DNA from: Tubiluchus corallicola
Taxonomy: Eukaryota; Animalia; Priapulida
DNA: 64,000 nucleotides
Reading direction: 5' to 3'
Assembly (NCBI GenBank): GCA_030141605.1
Contig: JAQGDQ010000532.1
Span: forward strand, 62,001 to 126,000
The position numbers and the translations under genes are program-made. Below the pieces are notes generated by a model, which worked only from the letters and a program-made list of their open reading frames with translations, searched no databases and was not told the DNA's origin. Shown here piece by piece: positions 1-11,162 of this stretch; within the stretch, counting starts at the first letter, position 1, and each line of letters begins with the position of its first letter.

Positions 1-2315
1 GAAGAATAGTTAGATGAACAATGCGACGATTCGCGGTCAGACACGCAGGAACTTGAATCAACACCGCAATAATATGCACCAGAGTTAGATTCTAAGTCTG
101 AGCCAGACACTGCATCAAAGTCGCTGAGCCGCTTTGCAGGGGAAACAGAATAGTGGACATTTCTATTTGAATCACTTGATCGTGTAGAAGAATTTCGTTG
201 TCGAGTGGAAACAGTAATCACCTCTTCCGACAATGGAAGCATGCGGGCTTGAGCGCTTTTTCGCTTCTTACAGATTTTGTCTAACGAGCCACCAGGACTA
301 AAGCGTCTATGAGATTCTCTGGGGGACCCAGAGAGTTCGTGCAATAAAGATGATTCAGAAGATTCGTCTGAACAGTGAACACGTATTGGCAGCGGATATT
401 CATCCTGAGACGACGACTTTTTGTAATGCCAGTGCTTGGAATCCGCGTAATAATCAGCAGGAAAGGAATGCATGTTTGTCAATCTCTTAGGAGATGAGGA
501 ATGAGAATCTACCGATGACGACATTATGTCCTCAGAATGCGAACTTGTTGCGTGAAAAGTTGGTGAGGCAGACTGTTTCCTGTAAGAGCCTGTAGTGAGA
601 TCCAGAAGTCGTTCTGGCGTAAGTCTGGGTATATTTATAGGTACATTATCAAAGCTACGGTTAAGGCACCTACTATCCGTTTCTGTGTTATGTAACCTAC
701 CAGAATTCAAGCTACACTCCTGTGCAACCAAAGGCAGCTTTTCAAACTCTGGGGGACAACTGGTTTTGCGTGTTTTGGTTACAACTGGCCAAAATGTATC
801 CCTTTCCTCCAGTTCTAGAAAATGTCGTAAGGTGTTAGAAGTTGAAGGAGCATGAGCTTGGTCAATTTTAGATGCACGCGCTTTACTGCCGTGAGAATTG
901 GTCTTGCAGTCATTTGAATGTGCTAAGTGGCTACTGTAACAATTATAAGCAGTCTCCTCATCTTGCTTTGAGTGGTCACTCTTCCAGTGCAGATTGTCAT
1001 AATCACTTCTACTGTCATTGCGTCCAGTACTATGATCTTGACTACTATTTGGGGATGATGGACGGAGAAGGGCTGCGCCTCTCATTTTGTTGTACCGTCT
1101 TCTTGTTCCATGGCGTTCAGGCTCACAGTCAGATGAACTATACTGATCCTCATGAGTAGAGTGAGCTATTCCATACATGCGTTCTTGTATGTACTGAGAA
1201 GGATTATCCGCCAAATAATGCTGTATGTACTGATTGCTAAAGCGCCCCTCGCATTCATTACTGGAGTTTGCATTACTAGGAGATCTGTCACTCTGTGCTT
1301 CTGAAGATTTTAAACTAGAAAAAGGTGAATCATCTTGAGTAGGATAATCACGGTTTGAATGGATGGCATCATCAGCATCATAATATCTGCTGATAGGTGA
1401 TGCTGATAAGTGGGGTACATCAGAAGATCTTCGGTTTGGTGATAAGGACACATTTGAGGCACTGCTATGTCCAGAATGTGATCTTCTTCGTCGTGATGTT
1501 ACTACTGAGTTTCTTGGTATAGGTGCTTCAACTGACTCCAAATCAAATTCTTTGTAAGAACAGTACATACCATCCTCAGGTAAAATTATCTGAGGAGCGC
1601 TCAAGCCTAAACTGGAAATCTGTCGTTCACAAATACCAGACGGTTCACGTGTATGTACGTTTGAAATTTCATGAACTGCATCTCTAGTGTAGTTTGAACT
1701 TGGCACATAAACTGAAGGCACAGATTTTCTCAGGGGCAAATCAATATTGTTGTTCTCAAACTCGGATATGAAACTAGGTGTAGTATTAGAGTTGTACTTC
1801 ACACTATCAGAGGAATGTAGTGCTTCACTTTCACTCGACGTCCACTTTTCGTTTACCGAATCTCTACTAGAATCATTTCGCTCACTTGCACAGTTTAACA
1901 GACGATCTTTAGACGTCTTTTTTGGCTTGCTGTACCTGCTAGCCAGTAGACGATGAGGCTCAATATACTCAGAATCAGAAGTGGAAGGCGAGTAACAATT
2001 TGGCCTCACATCGCGACTAGAATGAGCGTATTTTTTGTGCCCGCTATATAACAAATTATCAACCCAGTGTTCTGTATAAGGAAACTCACTTTGTCTGTTT
2101 TTGTATGGCACAGGTGACAATGACTTAGCAACCCGATGTCCAGAATTCGGTTTCAACCTTGATGATTTCTTTATTGGCAAATCATAACGAAACATGTAAC
2201 TACCAGGCGACCGAGTTTTCGCCACCCCTTCGGGGGTGCGACTGGAGGCATCAAAAAATTCCTCGCTGTCATCAAACTCTTCGTCGGTTGAAGCACGTGC
2301 GTTGCTGTACTCCAT
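1..2315 (-). CDS. Large Ser-rich, probably disordered coding exon (>=771 codons, runs off the left edge); product unidentified
   Basis: Manual translation of the minus strand from ATG at 2315 (MEYSNARASTDEEFDDSEEFFDASSRTPEG...) found no stop down to base 1; an in-frame TAA lies just upstream. 2.3 kb open in AT-rich DNA is not chance. Absent from the ORF track, presumably because no stop lies in the window. Confidence 0.9.
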   Translation of the reverse strand, partial: MEYSNARASTDEEFDDSEEFFDASSRTPEGVAKTRSPGSYMFRYDLPIKKSSRLKPNSGHRVAKSLSPVPYKNRQSEFPYTEHWVDNLLYSGHKKYAHSSRDVRPNCYSPSTSDSEYIEPHRLLASRYSKPKKTSKDRLLNCASERNDSSRDSVNEKWTSSESEALHSSDSVKYNSNTTPSFISEFENNNIDLPLRKSVPSVYVPSSNYTRDAVHEISNVHTREPSGICERQISSLGLSAPQIILPEDGMYCSYKEFDLESVEAPIPRNSVVTSRRRRSHSGHSSASNVSLSPNRRSSDVPHLSASPISRYYDADDAIHSNRDYPTQDDSPFSSLKSSEAQSDRSPSNANSSNECEGRFSNQYIQHYLADNPSQYIQERMYGIAHSTHEDQYSSSDCEPERHGTRRRYNKMRGAALLRPSSPNSSQDHSTGRNDSRSDYDNLHWKSDHSKQDEETAYNCYSSHLAHSNDCKTNSHGSKARASKIDQAHAPSTSNTLRHFLELEERDTFWPVVTKTRKTSCPPEFEKLPLVAQECSLNSGRLHNTETDSRCLNRSFDNVPINIPRLTPERLLDLTTGSYRKQSASPTFHATSSHSEDIMSSSVDSHSSSPKRLTNMHSFPADYYADSKHWHYKKSSSQDEYPLPIRVHCSDESSESSLLHELSGSPRESHRRFSPGGSLDKICKKRKSAQARMLPLSEEVITVSTRQRNSSTRSSDSNRNVHYSVSPAKRLSDFDAVSGSDLESNSGAYYCGVDSSSCVSDRESSHCSSNYS

Positions 2316-4539
2316 CGCGTGAAACTTTTCAACGCTGTTGCTTTAACTCACTGCTATCACCAAATAAGATTTATGAGTAGCAGCCAATGATGTTGAACGT
2401 GGAAACAGATTTGCAGTGCACATAATTGTACGAATTTACATTGCCGTCACCTCAATTTTCACTAAAAGCATGGAATGTTATAGAAACTTAACTAGCAGCT
2501 TTACTACAAAATAAAAAAAATGTTTTGAAACTCTCTACAAAAGCAACATAAGCACGTGACGTCAATGAGAAACCCCGACAGCTAAATAAAAAATTCTGTA
2601 AACAATTTTTAGCAGCATTCGATACGAAATCAGGAAATGCCTTCTAACTCAAAGCATCAATAACATCTTGTTAAACATGACAGGAAAGCCGATACATCAG
2701 AGAAACAGACAGAGAAGCTGGGCAAGATAAAACATAGCTCCAGGAAAAGGGAAAACAACTTATAACAACAAAAAAGAAGAAGCGCCGAAATTTAATAGCG
2801 AACGATACTAAAAGGAACATGTAATCATTGATAATGAAGCAAAATGAATAATTAAACACGAGACAGATAAGTTAACGTTGTTAGGAAAGCTGCGTCCATG
2901 ATTAGTATTAACGATATGTTGGGAAATCTTTTTGCATTTACTGTGTTTTAATTAAAATCACATTCTGGAATTCTATGTGATTATCTCCATGTAACCTGAT
3001 GAAGGGAGAAGTGATTTCCAGAAACATCGCTTACAGGAATATCTACCTTGTTGTTGTTGACTTTTTCTTTATTTTCACATCACAACTATCTCGGTTTTCC
3101 AGGAGGATATAAATTTCTAATTTGCAAGACGAGAAGAAGAAAAAACTTGCAATAAGTTCTGAAACTGATCGAGGAGGATATTCATTCATGGAACAAATTA
3201 CAGCATATTATAATAAAGCTGTCGAGTGAAATATTAACGCAGATCAATAGTTGCACAAAATTAAATTTAATAATTAATAACTCTTAGTGCTACGAGTGCT
3301 AGTAGCCAGAGCTGTAAAAATCTCTCTTATCATTATATAAACTTAATGACTAGAACACTTTACACACCGGAATTTATAAACAATGGATAAAATTAAAGTA
3401 ATCAAAAGAAATTTTGGATATCAGATGTTATACAGTCGATATGAAACTGTTATGATGCAAAAATACCTGCTCATGGAAAAGCAGGACATCAAAGGGAAAT
3501 TACAAGTTCTAATAACTATAGTTTTTTTACAAACACAATATGATAAATGGTCATTTTAATAAGAAGAGGAACTGCCCAGAAATGATCTTCCTACTGGTCA
3601 TCCATCTATTTACTAATCCAACCCAGCAATGTTTAACTTTGGTTGCTAAACACACATCACGACCATTTGACTACTCCTCTCACTCTAAATGTAGGTAATG
3701 CGAAAAATACGAGGCAATAGAGTTTGATTTCATTGAATTTAATTTTTATCAAAACTTTTCAGAGTTGTGTAGTTAACATCACTGCAGCGTTTCTTTCACA
3801 TGCCTCTACAGATGTCTTGTTTAAAGAATAATATGCGTTTCCTAAGAGCATCATTAGTCCAGAGAAAAGCCAAACTGCAAACTTGCTAGATCAGTTTAGC
3901 AAACAGAAAATGAGAGGGGATTGTGGAAAATATTTTTCTCTGTATGCCTATTATAATCCTCGATGAAAGTAAAAAAATGGCTACACGTCAAAATACATTA
4001 TTATCAATATCATTACGGTTATTTCTGAGCTGTAGATAGTTGTGTCGTCATCATCATTATCACAATCATAATCAACGTGAAGACAATCACTTCTAAAATG
4101 TCTGAAGGTTGAAACATCAAAGGCAACTACCGCTATAGACGTATGTCTACCAAAATCTTAGTCTTAAATCAAGGTCTGATTATCAGGTCAGTTTCACTAA
4201 AAAAGAAGCCGATCCTAGCTTCAAACTCTACGATCTCCGTGCTGCACAAATCGTACCTCTTGCGTCAAACTGCTTTTACTTATGCTTTAAACTACAGGAG
4301 AGATATGTAGGTAGGACCGCAGGTCAAGCAGACTTTAATAAACAGACCCTTTGGCCTTTGAATTGCCCGCCAAATGCCACCAACCACCCCACTAAGATGC
4401 GTCCCAAATCTGCTACTAAGTTAGATGCAAGTGCTTGCTCCTGCTGCTTCTAAGTTGTAACCCACTGACTTCATGAAATATCAACTTAAGGTCACTGACA
4501 AGGCGACTAACCTCCTCATACAACAATGAAGAACTAGTA

Positions 4540-4955
4540 GTAGTATTAAACCAAGACGTATAGAAGAAGTATTAATACTGTTTTCTCTCGCACGACTCCA
4601 TACCGATTTTAGCAGTAACTCAGTTGATTTACCAGTTTCTTGTTTACATTCTCATGTGAATCTAATCTTCATTTTCACCATCCACATTCACTTTTCATTG
4701 TCACTTCCTTGCCCTTCTATCATCCTGGTATTTTATTCATCTTATTTATTTTACTTTGCACAAGTCCACATTTTTTCTTTCCATTCTGCCTTCTGCTTAG
4801 GGCTATACAAGTCTATCTTCTTGGCATGAGCCTGTATCCAAATATCTTGTAAAATTTTGAATTTTTTTTATTTGTTATGGGAAAAATGTGCATTGTAATG
4901 TTCGTAACGTTACACGTAATATTGCGGCACTTTGTAAAAATAAACTAAATTAAAC
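4540..4955 (+). mobile_element. Probable LINE 3' UTR remnant
   Basis: Pyrimidine-rich UTR, GGGCTATACAAG...GAGCC motif resembling that in the 62828-63500 element, AATAAA(CTAAA)-like tail. Confidence 0.4.
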
Positions 4956-6070
4956 CAAGTAACTTAAAACATCTCCCATACAGCATAAGTTATTCAAGTT
5001 TAGTTGACCAATTCCTGACAGAAGTTAGCAGCTTTTAGTGCCATTTAATTTTCTTACTGGTGAGCTCAAGGAATGATGTGTCATCTTGCCACAAATAAAA
5101 ATTAAGTAAACTTGTTAAAGCAATCTTACGTCGTACTTATCCATATAATTTCTTTTCACTATCAGTTTGTAATAGCTTTAGAAATCAGAATACAAGGGCG
5201 AATATTATTAGTACGTCATTCGTGAGACGTGACATTACTGGCAAAACAAAGTTCTGTGACCTTCAATAGTACTGTACAACATCAGTAAACCAAAGTTAAG
5301 TTCAGCTTCATTGCTTCAGCGGGCGTCAAAACACAAAACCCCTAAACGATTCAAGAAAGAAGCCCTTGGTAGTTGTGCAAAGAATAGAATTTCAAACACG
5401 GCAGCAGTTGTCAACACCTGTCGCAGTGCGGCGCTGCCATTGCACCACGTGGAGCACACCAAAGTGGCAAATATAACTTAGATAATAACCCGGCCAGTAG
5501 CCATAAAACGTTAACGGGAATACATCAAACGTTTAGTGTTTAGTGGAATTACTTCGTCAATGTAGGCATAAAATAAATGAGATATTGGCGCGTCATCATT
5601 AAATTCACAATCAGCTTTTATATTTCAAAATTAATCAGTTATTTCTTCCGAGAAAAACCTCTTTCGCGTTTCGTTATTTTACTGTTCACACAAATCATGC
5701 ATTTCTGTGCGATACATAAAACTAAAGCAAAAGTTTGTAATCGAAATCAGGCAGGAAAGGTTGGTTAATAATTGACGTTTCTTCATAAGCTGTAGTATAT
5801 TTGAGTTCTGGAGTAGGCAAATAAATAAATAAAATGGATTATAATACTATTGCAGCGTGGAAAGAATTACAATCAGACTGCCAGAGAAAAAGTAAACCCA
5901 TAAATCTTAATCTTGTCATATGTTAGTAACAAAACACGCGAAACCGACAATTAAAAGGCTTTGGGTTCAATTCCTGGATGGACGAAAATTTCACTTAATG
6001 TAATGGTACTGAAATCAGCTAATTAGGATAAGACACAATAAGACACATATCACAAGTTCTACGTCACAAC

Positions 6071-6355
6071 GACCAGATGGTATAGTGTAATGGTAGCGCG
6101 TCCATTTTTCGTTTGGGAAGTTGTGAGTTCGATACTGCAGCCAGGTAATACCAAAGACTTTCAAAACGGTACCTGCTGTTTCCCTGCCTGGTGCTAGACA
6201 TTTAGGGTCAAAGTAAGGTAATAATAATCTCTGTTATGTAAATGTAGTTTGTTATTTACAGTCAGCAACTAAAGCCTCATGGCAGGCTTGTGTTATCTCT
6301 TGCATTTAAACCCGACTTTAAATAAAGGTTATTTGTATTACTATTATTATTATTG
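6071..6355 (+). mobile_element. tRNA-derived SINE
   Basis: A-box-like TGGTATAGTGTAATGG, B-box-like GAGTTCGATAC, central ATACCAAAGACTTTCAAAACGGTACCTGCTG...CCTGCCTGG segment recalled from widespread animal SINE cores, AATAAA then (TAT)n tail. Confidence 0.7.
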
Positions 6356-6928
6356 TATATAATTAGGTATTTTTCACAGCTTGTCGTGCACATGTAGTGC
6401 ACATAAGTACGCATATGCTTAGACTGCTGATGAAATTTCATTAAGAGGGTGCGAATTCAAAACCCAATGTTTTATATGTCTCTTCATTCTGTGATTAAGA
6501 TACTTCTGCCCGACTGTCTCATCTTGGAAGATTAGCCATGATATGACAAAGGTATCGGTGCTACCACAACTGAATATTCTACACTTTCAGCGATAGAGTT
6601 AATATAAATCGACAGAGAAAGCAGACACGAGCGAATATAATATCTGTGGTCGGGGGTTAACGAATGATAAGTTTTGCCAGTTTGTGCTGAGTGCTGAAGT
6701 CAATAAAAGTCTACTATTACCAGCTTCCAGCTTGCTCTCATTATCTCGGTTTCTTCATTGAATCAATGCAACCGTGGACACGTTCTAAATTCATCAACCA
6801 AACCAGTCAGCGCTAGTGGGACTGTGTGTGGGTGCGTGGGAGAGGGAGTGTGGGGGCAAACTTCACCCGAGAACCGTTCAGAACAAAGTTCAATCCATGT
6901 CAACAAAACCTTATGCTTATGCACGCAC

Positions 6929-6932
<4 letters not shown>

Positions 6933-6985
<53 letters not shown>

Positions 6986-6998
6986 GAGAGAGAGAGAA

Positions 6999-7080
<82 letters not shown>
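6933..7080. repeat. (AG)n microsatellite
   Basis: Direct reading. Confidence 0.97.
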
Positions 7081-7084
<4 letters not shown>

Positions 7085-8204
7085 GTAAGGGTTAATAACC
7101 AGTGGACATACGACAGTGTTATCAGTTAGAGGATGCAAGTCAGGACAGAAAAGAAGCCAGGAAAGTCTAGTAAAGAAGCCAGGAAAACGTCCACGTCAAT
7201 CAAGATATGGCGTTTGTAGTTACTGAAAGTGCAAGTGGCAAGTTTCAACTTAATTACTGTAGCTCAAGCTGCGACTTGACACACATAAACGGCAAATTCA
7301 GAAAAAGCGAGAATATATCAATCAGTTTAGCACTGGGAAGAAGAGGAGAAAGAGACGAAAGCTTTTCTAGTAAAGAAAAACAGAAAAAAGATTTACAGAA
7401 ACGTGGAATCACATGCAAAAGACAAAGACAACATTTATTTACCGTCGCTCCTTTAACAGACAACATTAACAACTTACTCTTACAATAACGCAACGAATAA
7501 CATATAGGGTATATGTCCTGCTAAATTCTAACTCAAGACTGCCTGGTTGCAGTCCGAAATGTAGACCACTCAGCCAGTCAACCCAAGACAAACAAAAATT
7601 TTAAATCTGGATCCTCTAAAATACAAAAAAAGCGGGGCACACCTTATTTTCTACTGACCAGAGTAAAACATTTATCTATGAAATTGGCTACGCGCGCATG
7701 AGTCAACAAAAGACAGCATAAGAAAGATGCAGAAACACGCAGAAAGTGAGAAAAAGACGAATAACTAGCTGAACACTGGTAACCAAGGAATCAGACGAAC
7801 AAACAGGATAACAGACAAACAAATAGCTAAACATACAAACTACAATGAAAGGCTCTACCAAGAAAGTATCTTGAGGTAAAAGAAAAGAAATAGTAGCAGA
7901 CATGATAACGGAATAACAAATAAGCGACCAAGAGGGGAATGTACAAAAACTAAACAAATTGATAAAAGAAATTATAAACAAAGCCAAGAAAAACAAATAC
8001 ACAACCACCAAACAACAAACAAACAAACAGTCAGAGCTTTCTATGCAGAACCAGTCATCCGAATTGGGATGGGCTGCTGTATGTCGAAAACCTGTATTCA
8101 ACAGCAACAAAATAAGAAAATTAAACAAAATAAGTAAACATGCAAACAGACAATGGTTTATCCAGCAAACGCTTGCAATCACTTAATTGGTAACCTATGA
8201 ATAA

Positions 8205-8302
8205 CTGCCTGGATACGCCACTTAGAACACCACAGTTACCTGGATATGCCACTTAGAACACCACAGTTACCTGGATATGCCACTTAAAACACCACAGTTA
8301 CC
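8205..8302. repeat. 31 bp tandem repeat x3
   Basis: CCTGGATATGCCACTTAGAACACCACAGTTA. Confidence 0.9.
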
Positions 8303-10489
8303 GTTATCGTGAAATCCGCATTCTTGTGAAAATCTCAAAACAGTCGGATTATTGCGATTTGGCTCTATTGTGACGTGAGAATATCAAAAATCGATAAAAA
8401 CATCACATTAACAGCCACCTTTATAGAGTTACTTCGCCAGCGAGCAACCCAAAAAGTAAACACTTGCAAGCAAGTTTTACGTTTCATTAAAGAAAAGAGC
8501 GCATCATGTCTAATGGGTATAGACTGATCGATGGCTCTAGCGGCTATTACTTGACCAACTAATCACATAAGTCAGTTACTAAGCAGCCAGACGCTTTCAG
8601 GAGCACATACTTAGTGAGCATTAAAGATTCTTTGCTTGATTGCGGATTATAAGCAAAATACGAGCAAGTAACCACAAATGCCATGACAATGACACTATCA
8701 ATGGATTCGCAGATATGAAGGCTGTGCAAGGGATAGGGAAGACCAAGTGACCTGCCAAAACTTGAGCTTATCATTTACTTAGTCGAAAAACACGAATAAC
8801 AGATGCCAGAACCAGAGTGACTAATACACTCTCCTTCTTGCAAACCAACGTTTTCTCTGCTCTTAGAGCATGGCAGTAATAAATTAATAGCCAGCACAGG
8901 TAAAATATTAGGATACAAAGTCTACATAGAAGTAATAAGCAAAGCAGCTGGCATTGGGTTATATTTTAAGGCATATAAGACACTGCGTCCCTAGAACGCA
9001 AAAGGAACGAACAATTAGTCACAAAGCGTACATGAAGTAATCAGAAAAACAGCTGGCATGGGGTAAAGTTTTAAGATACAAAAGACATTTTGTGTTCCTA
9101 GAACCCGAAAGGAACAAACAAATAACCAGCATGATATAAAGTTTTAACCTACAAAGTCTGCAGTCAGATGCATATAGCCGGTATGGGTTTGTTTTACAGA
9201 ATAGAAAACACTATGCACTAGACACGCAGAAACAAACAAGTACGTTTTTGTAGAAGTCATTTGTATCTTAAAATTACCACATACAAGCTACTTGCCTGCT
9301 ACCAGCGTGTAGACTTTGTACTTTAAAGCTTTGTTACTACCACATTCTAGAAGCAAAGAAGTGGCTCGAGCAAATATGCAGTATGCAACATGAAACTCAG
9401 CCTCCACAAAGACATTCACTGACCATAGGTCAACAGCATAAGGCAAGCTTTCAACAACCTTGTTCTCTGACCATTCCAGCTGTTATACTGACTGCTGACA
9501 AGCCATTCATCAAATGCCATGTCTGACTGATACACATGTGATTCAGGTTAAGCCTCTGAAACCCAACTTTCTGTATATTTGTCACGCAGAATTGAAATTT
9601 TCGCAAAAACTATATCTCTTTCAGTCTTCTGAAATGTCAACGGGGAATACGAGAAATTACTTTGCTGTAACTAATAGAACTGTAAAGATTTCTCGTATTA
9701 TTGTATTTGCAATGTCACATTCTTACATTGGCAAAATTAGACTGTTAGCAAACACTGCCACCGCAACTGTCTAAATCAGGAGTTTTGAGCTATTGGACTT
9801 CGAAAAAAGCTCATATGGAAAATTATTTTAATCAATTACTGAAACGTCCCAAAAAGTCTCCTTTAACTACGTTGGTGCAGAAGCTGAAGATCTCAGCAAA
9901 AGTAGACCAAATCTGAAAAACACAAGCACCTGGAGTGTTGAGAAACATTGTAGTGCAAGGGGATAGTCGAAGCAACGCCAACAGATGGCGTATTCTGGAG
10001 CTGAAGTTATTTTACGAAACTATTTCGTACATGATGAGTTTCACTTGACAACTGCCATATTGTGTTTCTGCTTTTGTTATTTTCCAACCACATAGATGTT
10101 ATAGTCTCAAGGGTAAAAGCTAAACCGATAAAACTTAATCACAGTCAGACAGCCAATGCATTTCAGAGACCTAAAGAATATGTCACAAGAATACGAATTG
10201 CAAGTTGTCCAACAATTGCACCAAATTAAGCTCTAACTATGGATTTCGACAATTCCCAACTAGGCTATCATTGAAAAGTGAAAAATGCTGTCACTATGGT
10301 AACAAAATACTCGAGACTAATTCTATAGACAGCCTCAATTTTTCACTTCAGAACAGAAGCTAATAGATAAGTGCTGATAAAACTGATAGAGCTTTAGAAA
10401 GGGAGAATTTATCTTACAGGCAACAATCTTAGCAGCGGGAGCTTCTTTCACATTCATGGGTTTACGGTCGTTGGCTAATTAAACCGCAT

Positions 10490-10890
10490 TGTTTAGGTGA
10501 AAACTGAATCTAGGGAAATTTAATGGGAATCATGGAAGATCATGTCTGACAAAAATTGAGCTGTGTGGATGCTGAGTACGATTCTAATGTGTGTGTGAGA
10601 CTTTGAAAGTGCTTAGATGAAAATGGAGCCATCGTTCTTAATTGGGAAGCCTGGAAGAATGTCCAGCAAGACGTGTGTTCTGCCGATGTTGAGTACCACT
10701 GTAATGTGTGTGGGTGACCTTACTTTGATCCTGCTTGGAAGTGCTTAGATGAAAACTGAAGCCATCCGTCTTAATAGTGAAACTGGGAAAAGCATGTCTG
10801 ACTGGTAGCCTGGAACAAAAAAGCGAGTTGTGCGGATGTTGAGTACGTGCTAGTTCTCTGCGTGTGAATGTTGACGCTACTTGGAAGTTG
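10490..10890. repeat. Old diverged ~120-150 bp tandem triplication
   Basis: GATGYTGAGTAC at ~10568, 10685, 10835 and GTGCTTAGATGAAAA recurring. Confidence 0.65.
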
Positions 10891-10908
10891 GTACTTAACC
10901 CACGAACT

Positions 10909-11162
10909 AACTCTGACTTACAGTGTATTAAAAACTACCGAGGTCCCATCTTGCTTCGCAAATGGTTCTTCACACTAAAGAATTAACTCTGACTCACAGT
11001 GTATTATAACTACCGAGGTCCCATCTTGCTTCGCAAATGGTTCTTCACACTAAAGAATTAACTCTGACTCAAAGCGTATTATAAACTACCGAGGTCCCAT
11101 CTTGCTTCGCAAATGGTTCTTCACACTAAACAATTAACTCTGACTCACAGCGTATTATAAAC
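10909..11162. repeat. ~75 bp tandem repeat, ~3.3 copies
   Basis: AACTCTGACT...CCGAGGTCCCATCTTGCTTCGCAAATGG unit. Confidence 0.93.

Noticed and set aside
595-2380. Short plus-strand ORFs in the track
   Set aside because: Antisense shadows of the long minus-strand coding exon.
6071-6145. tRNA gene
   Set aside because: A/B boxes present but no intact cloverleaf; continues into SINE core and tail.
6758-7129. RE-repeat ORFs
   Set aside because: (AG)n microsatellite.
7703-8182. 159 aa hydrophobic ORF
   Set aside because: Reflects T-rich strand bias; no recognisable family.
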